Shown: piece by piece, positions 27,445 through 40,925 of the stretch
How positions within the stretch are numbered: the stretch's first letter is position 1
Layout: every line of letters starts with the position of its first letter
Origin: Tubiluchus corallicola
Lineage: Eukaryota > Animalia > Priapulida
Assembly: GCA_030141605.1 (NCBI GenBank)
Contig: JAQGDQ010001356.1
Coordinates: forward strand, 1 to 44,874
Reading direction: 5' to 3'
DNA: 44,874 nucleotides
Translations under genes and position numbers: made by a program
Notes under the pieces: model-generated
Told to the model about the DNA's origin: nothing
Databases searched by the model: none
The model's input: the letters and a program-made list of their open reading frames with translations, nothing else

Positions 27445-27805
27445 CCAAATGCCTGCCTAAATTTAGATGCATCTTAGCCTGAAAGCGTCAATAAATAGGA
27501 GCAAATCTCCCTTTAGACTGGCATGTTGATTGTAAAAGAGAAGCCACGTTGTCACTCTCTGTGGGTGGGTCGCAGACGTGCTGGCTTCTTTTTGCTCAAC
27601 ATTTTTAACAATTAAAAAAATCCGCGCGCTTCGGGAAATTTTCCTTTCATTTTCAAAAACACCAAAATGGAATCTATTGCCGACTGGTTTCGAACAAAAC
27701 TGTTCATTGTCAGAGCGTCTAAACAGAGAAATTTACCAGAATTTAGAAACAACATCGAAATGCAATTCGGTAGTTAGATAGAATGACAGAGACAGAGAAA
27801 GGGAA

Positions 27806-28635
<830 letters not shown>

Positions 28636-29020
28636 CCTGCACATGGCACCACTCTCTCACACCAAATGAACTCTACCTCTACCCCATGCTGGTGAACACG
28701 CACGAATACGTATAAAAAACTGTTACCATCAAAACGCCCCGTTTTCTCTTAGCTACTCTGTTTCCAGCATTGAAGCCATTCGCACAATTTTTAATCATTT
28801 CCACATTTTCCCGCGCGCTGAATGTTTAACTAACTGTGAAATAAGAGTTTAAAGGAAAAGAGTTGCATGTTGCACTTTACTGCCTTCTCTAGAGAAGCGT
28901 TTCCAGAGAACCAGTTTAAGAGGGGGATGTTCTTTTACGCATTTTCTACAAATTTACAGTGAATTCGTTTTATTTGCATTAAGGGACAAGATAACTTAAT
29001 TATATAAGACTAAAATTTCG

Positions 29021-29545
29021 TATCACCTACAGTCTTATTACATACAGGGCTTGCGTTAGCAGTAACGATGCATAAAACTTGAAAATCTAACCTACCGCCA
29101 TCACCATTATCACCTACAGTCTTATTACATACAGGGCTTGCGTTAGCAGTAACGATGCATAAAACTTGAAAATCTAACCTACCGCGATCACCATTATCAC
29201 CTACAGTCTTATTACATACAGGGCTTGCGTTAGCAGTAATGATGCATAAAACTTGAAAGTTTAAACTACCGCGATGACCATTATCACCTACAGTCTTATT
29301 ACATACAGGGCTTGTGTTAGCAGTAACGATGCATAAAACTTGAAAGTTTAACCTACTGCGATCACCATTATCACCTACAGTCTTATTACATACAGGGCTT
29401 GCGTTAGCAGTAACGATGCATAAAACTTGAAAGTTTAACCTACTGCGATCGCCATTATCACCTACAATCTTATTACATACAGGGCTTGCGTTAGCAGTAA
29501 CGATGCATAAAACTTGAAAGTTTAACCTACTGCGATCACCATTAC
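29021..29545. repeat. 87-bp tandem repeat x6, amplified from the interior of the dispersed ~300-bp element (copy C)
   Basis: Unit TATCACCTACAGTCTTATTACATACAGGGCTTGCGTTAGCAGTAACGATGCATAAAACTTG..., homologous to 14199-14265. Confidence 0.92.
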
Positions 29546-30074
29546 GCGCAGCCGTATTAACGGTAGGTTGTTTGAAACAAGTTTAGATAACACTTTCCGC
29601 TAACTAAACGAAGATATAAATGTTTTTTCTTGTCAACAAGATCAATAAAGACTCTCTATAATTAATAATTTATTTTTAATAATTAACTATTTTGCGTCTC
29701 AGCCACGATTATTGGAATATTCCTAGAAGCGTAATAAAGCGTAATGTACGATATTTGCGTAATAAACGCATTACGCAAGTCCTGGCGCAAAATCTGACCA
29801 GAAACACGTGATGTGCGGGGCCCGTATCGCATTCCTGCGTGAAATAAAAGTTGGTCCGACAAAAAACATGGCTTCAGCAGAGTTCAATAAAGTACGCCGG
29901 TGGCTGTTTTCAGGCTTCAATAAATTAATAAGTGATAAATTGTAATTAAGTGAAACGATTTTACGACGCGAATAAAATCCACGCAGAAAGAGAAGTGGAA
30001 CCATCAAAAGGCGCGCCGCGACATCCTTTTCTCACATGTTGTGTCCTTGTCCTTTTTCAATCGTTATTTACTTC

Positions 30075-30142
30075 CCTCTTTTCCTCTTTCACTCTCGCTT
30101 TCTCTCTCTTTCTCATTCGCCCTTTCTTCCTCTCTCTCGCTC

Positions 30143-30208
<66 letters not shown>

Positions 30209-30452
30209 TCTCTCTCATTCGCCCTTTCTTCCTCTGTCTCTCTCTCTCTCTCTCTTTGTCTCTCTCTCTCATTCGCCCTTTCTTCCTCTGTCTCTCTCTC
30301 TCTCTCTCATTCGCCCTTTCTTCCTCTGTCTCTCTCTCTCTCTCTCATTCGCCCTTTCTTCCTCTGTCTCTGTCTCTCTCTCTCTCTGTCTCTCTCTCTC
30401 TCACTCTTTCTCTCTTTCTCTCTCTGTCTCTCCCTATCACTTTCTCTGCATC

Positions 30453-30494
<42 letters not shown>

Positions 30495-30512
30495 CCTTTC
30501 TTCCCCCCCCTT

Positions 30513-30545
<33 letters not shown>

Positions 30546-30593
30546 GTCTCTCACACTCTTTCTCTCTCTCTCTCTCTCTCTCTTTTTTTTCTG

Positions 30594-30636
<43 letters not shown>

Positions 30637-30910
30637 GTGTTTCTCTCTCTCTCTCTCTATCTTTCTCTCTCCTTCTCTCTGTCTCTCACACTCTTTCTCT
30701 TTCTCTCTCTGTCTCTCTCTTCTTCCATTTGCCTCTCTCTCCCCTCTCTCTCATTTGCTCTTTCTTCCTCTGTATCTTCCTCTCTCTCTCCCTTTCTCTC
30801 TTTCTTCGTCGTCCCGCCCTCCTCTCCCCGCCTTCCCTTTCTGTCCAACTCTTTCCTTCTCTTACTTTCTCAATTTTCTTTTTAATCACTCTATCCCTTC
30901 CTTTTCTTCT
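30075..30910. repeat. Degenerate (CT)n polypyrimidine tract with a repeated CATTCGCCCTTTCTTCCTCT insert
   Basis: Direct reading. Confidence 0.95.
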
Positions 30911-33704
30911 TGTTTTTTTAATTGACTCTCTCTAATTTCTCATTCTTCGCTCACTTTTCTATCATCTTAACTTTTCTCTACATTTAGCATCTTCCCTAAC
31001 CTCATCATTTACCCTTTCCTACCCTCAAAATACCAATTTGCTGCTAATCCTGAACCCATGCGAGATATACAAGTGGTTCGAGTATTCTTTGTTATTTCTA
31101 CTAATGGATCACTATTGACTTCTGTATAAACCGTCATCAACCCAGCAAGATTTCTCCACAATCACTGGCAGCTCGCATTAACCTAAAGCAAGTTAAAAGC
31201 ATCAAATTTTACAAGCCATTAAAATCGTCACAGCATTTCTGTTAATATTACCCAGGCAAATATCAATAAAGTCTTACAAATTTCAATGCAGTTAGTAAAC
31301 TGGTTGGTTTTAACTTGCTGGTTGGTCGTTTTTTTCGGACCACCCCCAACATTCCTCTGCCCAGCGCCAATGCAAACCGACTGGGTGGTCAGATAAAGTG
31401 TACAGTCACTTGTAAAAACACTGCCCACTTAAGAAAATTATTGGCTTCTCCTTTCAACGAAGAGGCGGCTGATTCAATGACTTTAAAGGAAAACCGGAAT
31501 CCGCTCAAAAACAATCTATCCTGTAAAATATTGGAAAAAACTTAATATTTTTCAGGAATGTTTACGTGAAAGAATTGTTACCATAGAAACCAAATTTCGC
31601 GTTCACATGGCTAAATTTTCGCTGTTACATGCATTAGTTAGATGGGCACTAGCGCCTGCATGTCGGAAACGCCATCTGCAAAAGCAGGCGCTGTACCTCT
31701 TGCTCAGATGAGTTCAGTTGTGACGTAGTGGTCGTTAGTTAAGTTTTTAACCTATTATTTATTTATCAGAAACGGTTTGGTTCTATTATATAGGCCAAAA
31801 TGTGTTCGTTTGTGCATGTCCGCTGTTTCTTTTGCTCACATGGGTTCAGTTGTGACGTAGCGCACGAGTTCGAAAGTTCAGTCGCGAGTACAGCAGTAAA
31901 CTTGAAATTTAAGTTTCAAAATTTTTTCTGTCATATCTTAGATGCTGCTCTCCAATAATCGCGTTTTTTGATGTTGCAAATTATGATCAGTTTTAGCGTC
32001 AGCACCAGCTGGATTTTTTACATCTAACTAAGTTTTTAGTCTACTGTTCATTATTAGAAACGCTTTTGAATTATTATTAATAAATGCTAAAATCTACAGT
32101 ACTTTTATAGTATGTCGCTTATTGTACCGCGCACGCGATTGTAGTATATGTGATCCATTTAATTGTCAGTCTACTACACTAAGGTACTGAATTAGTCTAT
32201 GCTGCCATCTACAGTCGTTGTTTTACTCTAATTGTACAAAGTTTGCCAGAGATTGATTTTTATTTCTAAATATTGTTTCCTTTTGCTAGATATTCATTAA
32301 TCAGAGTAATTAGGTTGTTAATTTCATGCTTTAATTCTGGTTCTAACTCTCTTATTCAAGTTTAAATAGAGAAAAATTGTAACATTATAACACAGCTTTC
32401 TGTAAACCAATAATCTTTATTCTGCTATCAAAGAAGCCAAGTAGACTTTGATTTTGGTTTAACTAGTAGTCTGTAGAGTATAGGTGACCTTTCCATTTAT
32501 GGTCTGTATGCATGAATGTGATGTACCTTCCAATAGGAACCTGTATGTCTGGTCATGTGATTACAGCTCTATTCTCTCAGGCATGTAAGTTTCAGTTGAT
32601 CTAGAGACAGCATTGAGAAAGGATGTAAATTTTCTACTGTAAAATATCATATTGCGAACTTTATGACTGTTTGTTCAATTTTATGGTCTGTGAACATTGT
32701 CTACGTTTTACAATAAAATGATTGCAAATATCTACACAGTACTCCAAAATGGAGTGCGATACGAAAAATTAATTATTGTGGTTTCCTTTGAGTTGTACTG
32801 TGTTGCTGTTTGAACACACAAACAAAAACTGCCATGATTTATTTAAATACAGATTGAAGCGATGAGATAAGTTTTTTCAACATTAGGATTTTTTTCATTG
32901 GGGATGAATAACTGAATGGTCACGAGTATATGAATCGCATGAAGCTTTCGTAATTGTCTAGGTTCGACACTCACAATGGATGGTTTCTGGCTATTTACGA
33001 AGCAGGCTTAACCACCACTTTTGGTCCTGTGGCTCATCTTAGATGGTCATTCATGACAGTGAACTAGATTTCGGTCTAGCCACAAACACTAGTAGCGCCA
33101 CCTGGATGCTTTCTTGCAGTGTGGCAAACTGTATAAAATTGAGCTTATTTTGACAATGTTGGCAAATGTGTTATATGGTAATTTTGCCTTCTGAAATAAA
33201 ACGCGGTTTGAATTGACTTGTATGGTCTTTTTCGTATTTTAAACTAGTGCATGAAATAAAAGGGGGTTGAATTGAGTTGAAGATCATTTTACTATTCATC
33301 TTTTCTGGAGATGTCTATCCTTTTTCGTACCTTAAGTAGCATAGCGTTACAGGTAAACTTTTGCTAAACTCAGATCACTTGGACTTTGTCGATTGGATTC
33401 GTCAGGACATCTCAGGTGTGCATTCTTGTGTAGGGATTTACGGATTACCTGAGTTATTTCACAGTGGGTGACTTTTGAGAGCTCTATTAAGGACCCACTT
33501 GCTGGCAAACAGGGCAGCAGGTAGCGAGTGAAGCTCGAAGCACAAAAAATTATTTTGCTTTGCAGTAATTTGTTGTGACAGCGTCTGTTAACAATTAAAC
33601 CTTAGTCACAGTAAATCCCGCGACTTGTTATTTTGAATTTTATATTTTCATACTTTTGCATCGTGTCTCTGCTGAACTTCTTTCTAATTCATTTCTTTTC
33701 TCTT

Positions 33705-33728
33705 TTTTCTCTCTCTCTCTCTCGCTCT

Positions 33729-33765
<37 letters not shown>

Positions 33766-33794
33766 CGTCTCTCTCTCCCTCTCTCTCTCTCTTG

Positions 33795-33843
<49 letters not shown>

Positions 33844-33912
33844 CCTCTCTCTCTCTCTCTCTCTCTCCATCTCTCTTTCTCTCCCTTTCTTTCACCCTCT
33901 TTCTCTCTCTCG

Positions 33913-33954
<42 letters not shown>

Positions 33955-34021
33955 TTCTCCCCCCTCTCTCTCTCTCCCTCTCTCTTTCTCTCCCTTTCTC
34001 TCACTCTCTTTCTCTCTCTTG

Positions 34022-34069
<48 letters not shown>

Positions 34070-34150
34070 CTCTCAGTCTCTTTCTTTCTCTTGCTCTCTC
34101 TCTCTCTCTCTCTCACTCTCTCTCTCTCTCTCTTGTTCTCTATCTCTGTC
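33705..34150. repeat. (CT)n microsatellite
   Basis: Direct reading. Confidence 0.96.
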
Positions 34151-35064
34151 TATTATTCTATCTTAACTACTCCCTGTTTTTCTATAATTCTCTCTCTTGT
34201 AAATTAAGTCGTTTTTTTCACTTTTCATGATGGTCTTACAAGCTTTGCTTCTTGACCACCATGCAGCATCTATTTCTTGTTGACAAAATATTATGTAGTT
34301 TAGTAACTATGTAGGTACACTTCTGTTAAATTTTTGTATTTGTATTTGGAATTTTTTCCCTAACTATATCATGCTATAGTATACTAATGTAGTTCTGTTA
34401 CAATTATTGTAACTATATTTCATTTTCTAGTTATAGGGCTTAATAGTTAAAGATAATAATGCAAATTATAATGTAAAAATACACGCTGTGATAATAAATT
34501 ACATACAATTGGAAGTGTTAGAGAAAACAATACATTCTTAAAATAAACAATGTTTCTTGAGAGAAACTAATTCATTAATGCAGTGCTAATGCATTACTTA
34601 ATAGACTAATTAGTGATTCACTGTTCATTGGGATGGGATAAACAACACATTTTTAAAGTTATGAAAGAGGTGATGACTATCTTTGGTTTATCTTTTTGTA
34701 ATTTGCACTTAAATGAGCTAATTACCTATTTATTCAAAGTAATGCATCTACATTTGACTTACCTAAGTCACATTTGACTTACCAAAACACATTTGAAATT
34801 CCCATGTCTACATTTGACTTACCTAAGTCACATTTGAACTTTCCTCTGTCTACATTTGACGTGTAAAACCTATAGCTTCTAGTTTCGTAGCCGGAAGCAT
34901 TACTGGCGTTGGTGTGGGCAGCAGAGTCGAAAAGTTTTGATTAAGATGAAGTTTCTGTTATCCTAGTAAATCGATGCTTGTTTACATGTCAAAGGCTCAG
35001 GAGATTTGCTTGCTAAAACACAAGCTTACAGTTCAGTGTTAATTCCATTAACTTTGCGTTCCTG

Positions 35065-36010
35065 ACTGGCGAGTTTTTTGTCGTGAGGTTTCTCTCTGAC
35101 AGCAATGTTCAAGTGTGAACAGCTCTGCGAGTTACTAGCGGCAAGAAACTGCAAACTTTCTGACAGTTACTGGGAGTTGATTTACTGTCTAGTGTTAACG
35201 CATCAGCGACTTTTTGTCGTGAGGTTTCTCTCTGACGGCAACGTTCAAGTGTGAACTGCTCTGCGAGTTACTAGCGGCAAGAAACTCTTTGACAGTTACT
35301 GGGGGTTGATTTACTCTCTAGTGTGAACGTGTCAGCGAGTTTCTTGTCGTGAGGTTACTCTGTGACGGCAATGTTCAAGTGTGAACTGCTCTGCGAGTTA
35401 TTCTCGATACTTTTCGCAATGAAAAGAGAGTTACCGCCAGAGAGTAACTTACAGCAAGATTTCTCTCATGACAGCAAACTGTCAATTGTTAACTGCTTTG
35501 CGAGTTACTGTCGGCAAGTTATTGCAAGCTCTCTGGCAGTTACTGGGAGTTGATTTACTGTCTAGTGCGAACATCTTGGCGAGTTACTCTCGACAGTTCT
35601 CGCAGTGAATAGAGAGTTACTGTTGGCAAGTTATTGCAAGCTCTCTGGCAGTTACTGTGAGTTGATTTACTGCCTAGTGTGAACATCTTGGCGAGTTACT
35701 CTCGACAGTTCTCACTGTGAATAGAGAGTTACTGTCGGCAAGTTATTGCAAGCTCTCTGGCAGTTACTGTGAGTTGATTTACAGCCCAGTGTGACCATCT
35801 TGGCGAGTTACTCTCGACAGTTCTCGCAGTGAATAGAGAGTTACTGTCGGCAAGTTATTGCTAACTCTCTGGCAGTTACTGTAAGTTGATTTACTGTCTA
35901 GTGTGAACATCTTGGCGAGTTACTCTCGACAGTTCTCGCAGTGAATAGAGAGTTACTGTCGGTAAGTTATTGCATACTCTCCGACAGCTGTTGCGAGTTG
36001 ATTTACTGTC
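35065..36010. repeat. Composite tandem array: ~130-bp units then 112-bp units sharing GCGAGTTACT/GTTGATTTACT motifs
   Basis: TGATTTAC at 35551, 35663, 35775, 35887 and 35999. Related longer units lie at 35070-35400. Confidence 0.9.
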
Positions 36011-36744
36011 TAAAATGAACAAATTTTAATTCGATTTCAAATCAAACCTTAAATTTTGATTTCTAATAATTCACAACATGAACTACAAATGTTCTTCATC
36101 ATTAAAACGCTTGACACGTCAAGCAATTAGCATAATTTAGCTGTGATTTCCGTGAAAATTTTAAACAGATTATTAGTGTCTTTCTTCTTCTTCTTCTTCT
36201 TCTTCTTCACTGAATCAAACGTCCAGGGACATGATTCTGCGCACCTCTCTATGCCAGGATCCCCCTACACGCTGCAATGCCCCAAGTGGATTTGTTTAAA
36301 TCTTTCTGTGCAAAATCGAAGTATGATAACATTTGTCCTCCTGCAGAGTATCTTTACTGTTATTATTATTATTACTGTATCTTATTAGTGTCTTTACTGC
36401 AGAACAAAATCGAGCAATATGCACGATCTTTGTAAGAATAATTTTTACTGGTGGTTTGAAAACTTGTTCGAAAATCTTTCAGTCTCGATTCGAATTCGAT
36501 TGGAATTCGAAAAACTGAAATTCTTTTCGATTCGAATTCGAAAGTCACAGATTCGATTCGATTCAAATTCTCTTTCTGGTAGAGACTGCTCACTCCTTCT
36601 GCCCATCTAGCTAGCGAATGGCGAAATGCTTGTAAGAGTGAATGCACGTTGCTCATTTTTAGGGTAGATTGTTTTGAGCTCTATGTTTCAAGATTGTGTC
36701 CTGCTTTCCTTTAATATTAATCCAGCATTATGCTCGCATACGTA

Positions 36745-37260
36745 TGTTGGCATCCTTCTGTCTCGGAAGACAATGTAGTGAGCGCCAAGAGAGTCAGTTA
36801 TTGATCACATTGATGGAGCTGCAGCGTCGACTGTGGCTGAACAATCCGATCCTTGAACCACTGGAGCGGGCTCTCCAGGGCGCATGCCTGGGCAAGGTGT
36901 ATGGAGATCCTGAGTTGCCCTACAACAGGAACCCCCTCTGTTCCTCCCTGGTGTAGTCCAAAGGAAAGCGATACGTTTGAGCATGCTGCACTGGTTCCGC
37001 CTTCGGGGCTCCACTCCTGATTTGGAAGGTTTACTCTTCTACACATGGCCGTTGGGTCATTTGACCTCCTCAGCCCTCTAGCCGTTGGCTGCTTGCGCAG
37101 CTCCTCTGCCTAGTGTCGAGATACAGTGTGGGCATCCCGCAAGCCTACAGCACCTGGTATTCCTAGGCGGTCACCCATCCAAGTACTAACCAGGCTCTAC
37201 GTTGCTTAACTTCGGTGATCAGACGAGAACCGGTGTTTTCAACGTGATATGGCCGTAGAC
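36745..37260 (-). mobile_element. Candidate 5S-headed SINE (SINE3-like) with a bipartite RTE-derived body
   Basis: 5S head, then an 11-nt linker, then RTE 5'UTR-like sequence, then the RTE ORF terminus (SRIGLFSHSRRCSSINVINN*), then the 3' end GGCGC...CATTGTCTTCCGAGACAGAAGGATGCCAACA. The body is homologous to 7082-7448. Confidence 0.72.
37141..37260 (-). rRNA. Full-length 5S rRNA sequence (gene copy or SINE head)
   Basis: Reverse complement is GTCTACGGCCATATCACGTTGAAAACACCGGTTCTCGTCTGATCACCGAAGTTAAGCAACGTAGAGCCTGGTTAGTACTTGGATGGGTGACCGCCTAGGAATACCAGGTGCTGTAGGCTT (120 nt), the canonical metazoan 5S with its internal control region. No oligo-T terminator follows. Confidence 0.95.
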
Positions 37261-38379
37261 ATACAGCACAAGCGTTTATTGAACATCCTTGATTGAGCTG
37301 TTTGCAGGATTCCACTCGGTTCACTATGTTTTGCTTTCTCTCGCTTCTGTAATAATATTTTCACTGAGTAAGAAGAGAACATATCGTTTTACAACTGTCA
37401 ACACGAGCAAAGCATGGGAAAAATAAACAAACTCGAAAAAAATGCAGGCTATATAAAGTCAGCACTGTATCAGAGCTATTCCTTCTGGTACTGTAATGAC
37501 GTCACTGGAGTCACAGTCAGAATCATGTCCTGGACGTTTTGCTACAGTCCTAGACGGTCCTGAAATTTTGCTGATTTTTGCTTAATGTCACATTTTATAA
37601 ACTGTTTTATAATTTGTCTAATTTAGAACTTGTGACTATTTTTGTTTAGTAACGGAAAAGAAACAAGAAAAAATAATAAAGAGAAGAAAATATAGTAAAA
37701 GAAAACAGGAAGTGAAGAACAAAAGAACGAAAACAAGGAGCAAAAGGCAAAAAAACAACAACTAAAGATCCGTAAAAGATGACTAAGGAACAAGGAGGTT
37801 GACGCATTAGAAAAAACAAGAACAAAGGAAAACAAAGAACAAAAAACAACGAGGCGAAAAAGAAAAGAAAAGACGAATAAAAAAGACGAAGATAAAACAG
37901 AATAAAAATAAGAATAAGAGAAAAAGAAAAACAATGCAAAGAGTGGGAAAAATAGAATGAAGGAGGAAGGGGGCAAAGCAAGAGAGAAAAAAGAAAAAAT
38001 GGGAAGGATAAAAGTGTCGAAAGTTTATCCAACTTAACTTCAAGGACAAGAAAATGAGCACATGAAGTAGGTATCAAAAAATCGCTTTGAAAAATTATAT
38101 TACTTTATACCACTATTATGCGTATATCGTGATCGCGTTGAAAGGATTCTTTGTTTATTTTCATTTTAAATCTCCCGCAATACTGTTCCGACCGCACCAT
38201 TACGTGACGTCATACACGCACAACGTAAATCAGGGGAAGAAAAGGAAATGTTAAATTATGTCCCAAAAATACTTTCCATGCAAATCTATATTACTTAGCA
38301 TTTCACTTGCCTGCTTGAAAAGCTTATGTAACTAGGAATAATAGTTTAAAATGTTTTCACCAATTGGTAAAATGTCTTT

Positions 38380-38660
38380 GACTCACCTCCAGGGTGCGCC
38401 ACTCACTAGCCAAAAACGTATTTTTAGTCTTATGGACAAGATACAGTAATTTAAAATTTTACTTTGTTAGTCACGTATTCGCTACGAATGCTATGACTAT
38501 TTTTTCAAACTTCATGCGATGTTATCTAAATTGTTTCAAACGATCTAGCATTAAAATGGCTGCGTTTAACGATCATCGCATGTTTTATAGCGTTACTGCC
38601 GCTGCAAGCTCTGTATGCAAAAAAGCAATATGTAAGTGGTACAAAATTTCAATCTAAATG
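38380..38660 (+). mobile_element. Dispersed ~300-bp element copy D
   Basis: GACTCACCTCCAGGGTGCGCCACT followed by GCTACGAATGCTATG, TGTTATCTAAA, AGCGTTACTGC and GCAAGCTCTGTATGC blocks. Confidence 0.6.
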
Positions 38661-38781
38661 GTTCTAGCTGTTGTTGTGGTTGTTGTTGTTGTTGTTGCAT
38701 TTGTTGTCGTCATCGTCATTGCCGTTGTCGCTGCTGCTATTGTTTTCGTTGTAACTGTCGCCGGTGTCGTTGTTGTTGTTG

Positions 38782-40925
38782 CTCTGAAGCGGCAAAGAAT
38801 AGCAAAAGAAGTTTAGTTTACTCTGAAGCGGCAAACAATAGCAAAAGAAGTTCAGTTTCCTCTGAAGCGGCAAACAATAGCAAAAGATTTTTGTTTACTC
38901 TGAAGCGGCAAACAATAGCAAAAGAAGTTTAGTTTACTCTGATGCGGCAAACAATAGCAAAAGAAGTTTAGTTTACTCGGAAGCGACAAACAATAGCAAA
39001 AGAAGTTTAGTTTACTCTGAAGCGGCAAACAATAGCATAAGAAGTTTAGTTTACTCTGAAGCGGCAAACAATAGCAAAAGAAGTTTAGTTTACTCTGATG
39101 CGGCAAACAATAGCAAAAGAAGTCTAGTTTACTCTGAAGCGGCAAACAATAGCAAAAGAAGTTTAGTTTACTCTGAAGCGGCAAACAATAGCAAAAGAAG
39201 TTTAGTTTACTCTGAAGCGGCAAACAATAGCAAAAGAAGTCTAGTTTACTCTGAAGCGGCAAACAATAGCAAAAGAAGTTTAGTTTACTCTGAAGCGGCA
39301 AACAATAGCAAAAGAAGTTTAGTTTACTCTGAAGCGGCAAACAATAGCAAAAGAAGTTTAGTTTACTCTGAAGCGGTAAACAATAGCAAAAGAAGCTTAG
39401 TTTACTCGGAAGCGACAAACAATAGCAAAAGAAGCTTAGTTTACTCTGAAGCGGCAAACAATAGCAAAAGAAGCTTAGTTTACTCTGATGCGGCAAACAA
39501 TAGCAAAAGAAGTTTAGTTTACTCTGAAGCGGCAAACAATAGCAAAAGAAGTTTAGTTTACTCTGATGCGGCAAACAATAGCAAAAGAAGTTTAGTTTAC
39601 TCGGAAGCGACAAACAATAGCAAAAGAAGTTTAGTTTACTCTGAAGCGGTAAACAATAGCAAAAGAAGTTTAGTTTACTCTGAAGCGGCAAACAATAGCA
39701 AAAGAAGTTTAGTTTACTCTGATGCGGCAAACAATAGCAAAAGAAGCTTAGTTTACTCGGAAGCGACAAACAATAGCAAAAGAAGCTTAGTTTACTCTGA
39801 AGCGACAAACAATAGCAAAAGAAGTTTAGTTTACTCTGAAGCGGCAAACAATAGCAAAAGAAGTTTAGTTTACTCTGAAGCGGTAAACAATAGCAAAAGA
39901 AGTTTAGTTTACTCTGAAGCGGCAAACAATAGCAAAAGAAGTTTAGTTTACTCTGAAGCGGCAAACAATAGCAAAAGAAGTTTAGTTTACTCTGAAGCGG
40001 CAAACAATAGCAAAAGAAGTTTAGTTTACTCTGAAGCGGCAAACAATAGCAAAAGAAGTTTAGTTTACTCTGAAGCGGCAAACAATAGCAAAAGAAGTTT
40101 AGTTTACTCTGAAGCGGCAAACAATAGCAAAAGAAGTTTAGTTTACTCTGAAGCGACAAACAATAGCAAAAGAAGTTTAGTTTACTCTGAAGCGGCAAAC
40201 AATAGCAAAAGAAGTTTAGTTTACTCTGAAGCGGCAAACAATAGCAAAAGAAGTTTAGTTTACTCTGAAGCGGCAAACAATAGCAAAAGAAGTTCAGTTT
40301 ACTCTGAAGCGGCAAACAATAGCAAAAGAAGTTTAGTTTACTCTGAAGTGGCAAACAATAGCAAAAGAAGCTTAGTTTACTCTGATGCGGCAAACAATAG
40401 CAAAAGAAGTTTAGTTTACTCTGAAGCGGCAAACAATAGCAAAAGAAGTTTAGTTTACTCTGAAGCGGCAAACAATAGCAAAAGAAGTTCAGTTTACTCT
40501 GAAGCGGCAAACAATAGCAAAAGAAGTTTAGTTTACTCTGAAGCGGCAAACAATAGCAAAAGAAGTTCAGTTTACTCTGAAGCGGCAAACAATAGCAAAA
40601 GAAGTTTAGTTTGCTCTGAAGCGGCAAAGAATAGCAAAAGAAGTTTAGTTTACTCTGAAGCGGCAAACAATAGCAAAAGAAGTTTAGTTTACTCTGAAGC
40701 GGCAAACAATAGCAAAAGAAGTTTAGTTTACTCTGAAGTGGCAAACAATAGCAAAAGAAGTTTAGTTTACTCGGAAGCGACAAACAATAGCAAAAGAAGT
40801 TTAGTTTACTCTGAAGCGGCAAACAATAGCAAAAGAAGTTTAGTTTACTCTGAAGTGGCAAACAATAGCAAAAGAAGTTTAGTTTACTCTGAAGCGGCAA
40901 ACAATAGCAAAAGAAGTTTAGTATT
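38782..40925. repeat. 39-bp minisatellite, ~55 highly homogeneous copies
   Basis: Unit CTCTGAAGCGGCAAACAATAGCAAAAGAAGTTTAGTTTA, head-to-tail with no spacers. Confidence 0.97.

Noticed and set aside
37623-38077. Phe-rich membrane-protein-like ORFs
   Set aside because: They come from an A-rich low-complexity purine tract read on the opposite strand.
38782-40925. CRISPR-like array or 682-aa Cys-rich protein
   Set aside because: The units are head-to-tail with no unique spacers, there are no cas genes and the context is eukaryotic. The ORF is a by-product of a stop-free 39-bp unit.
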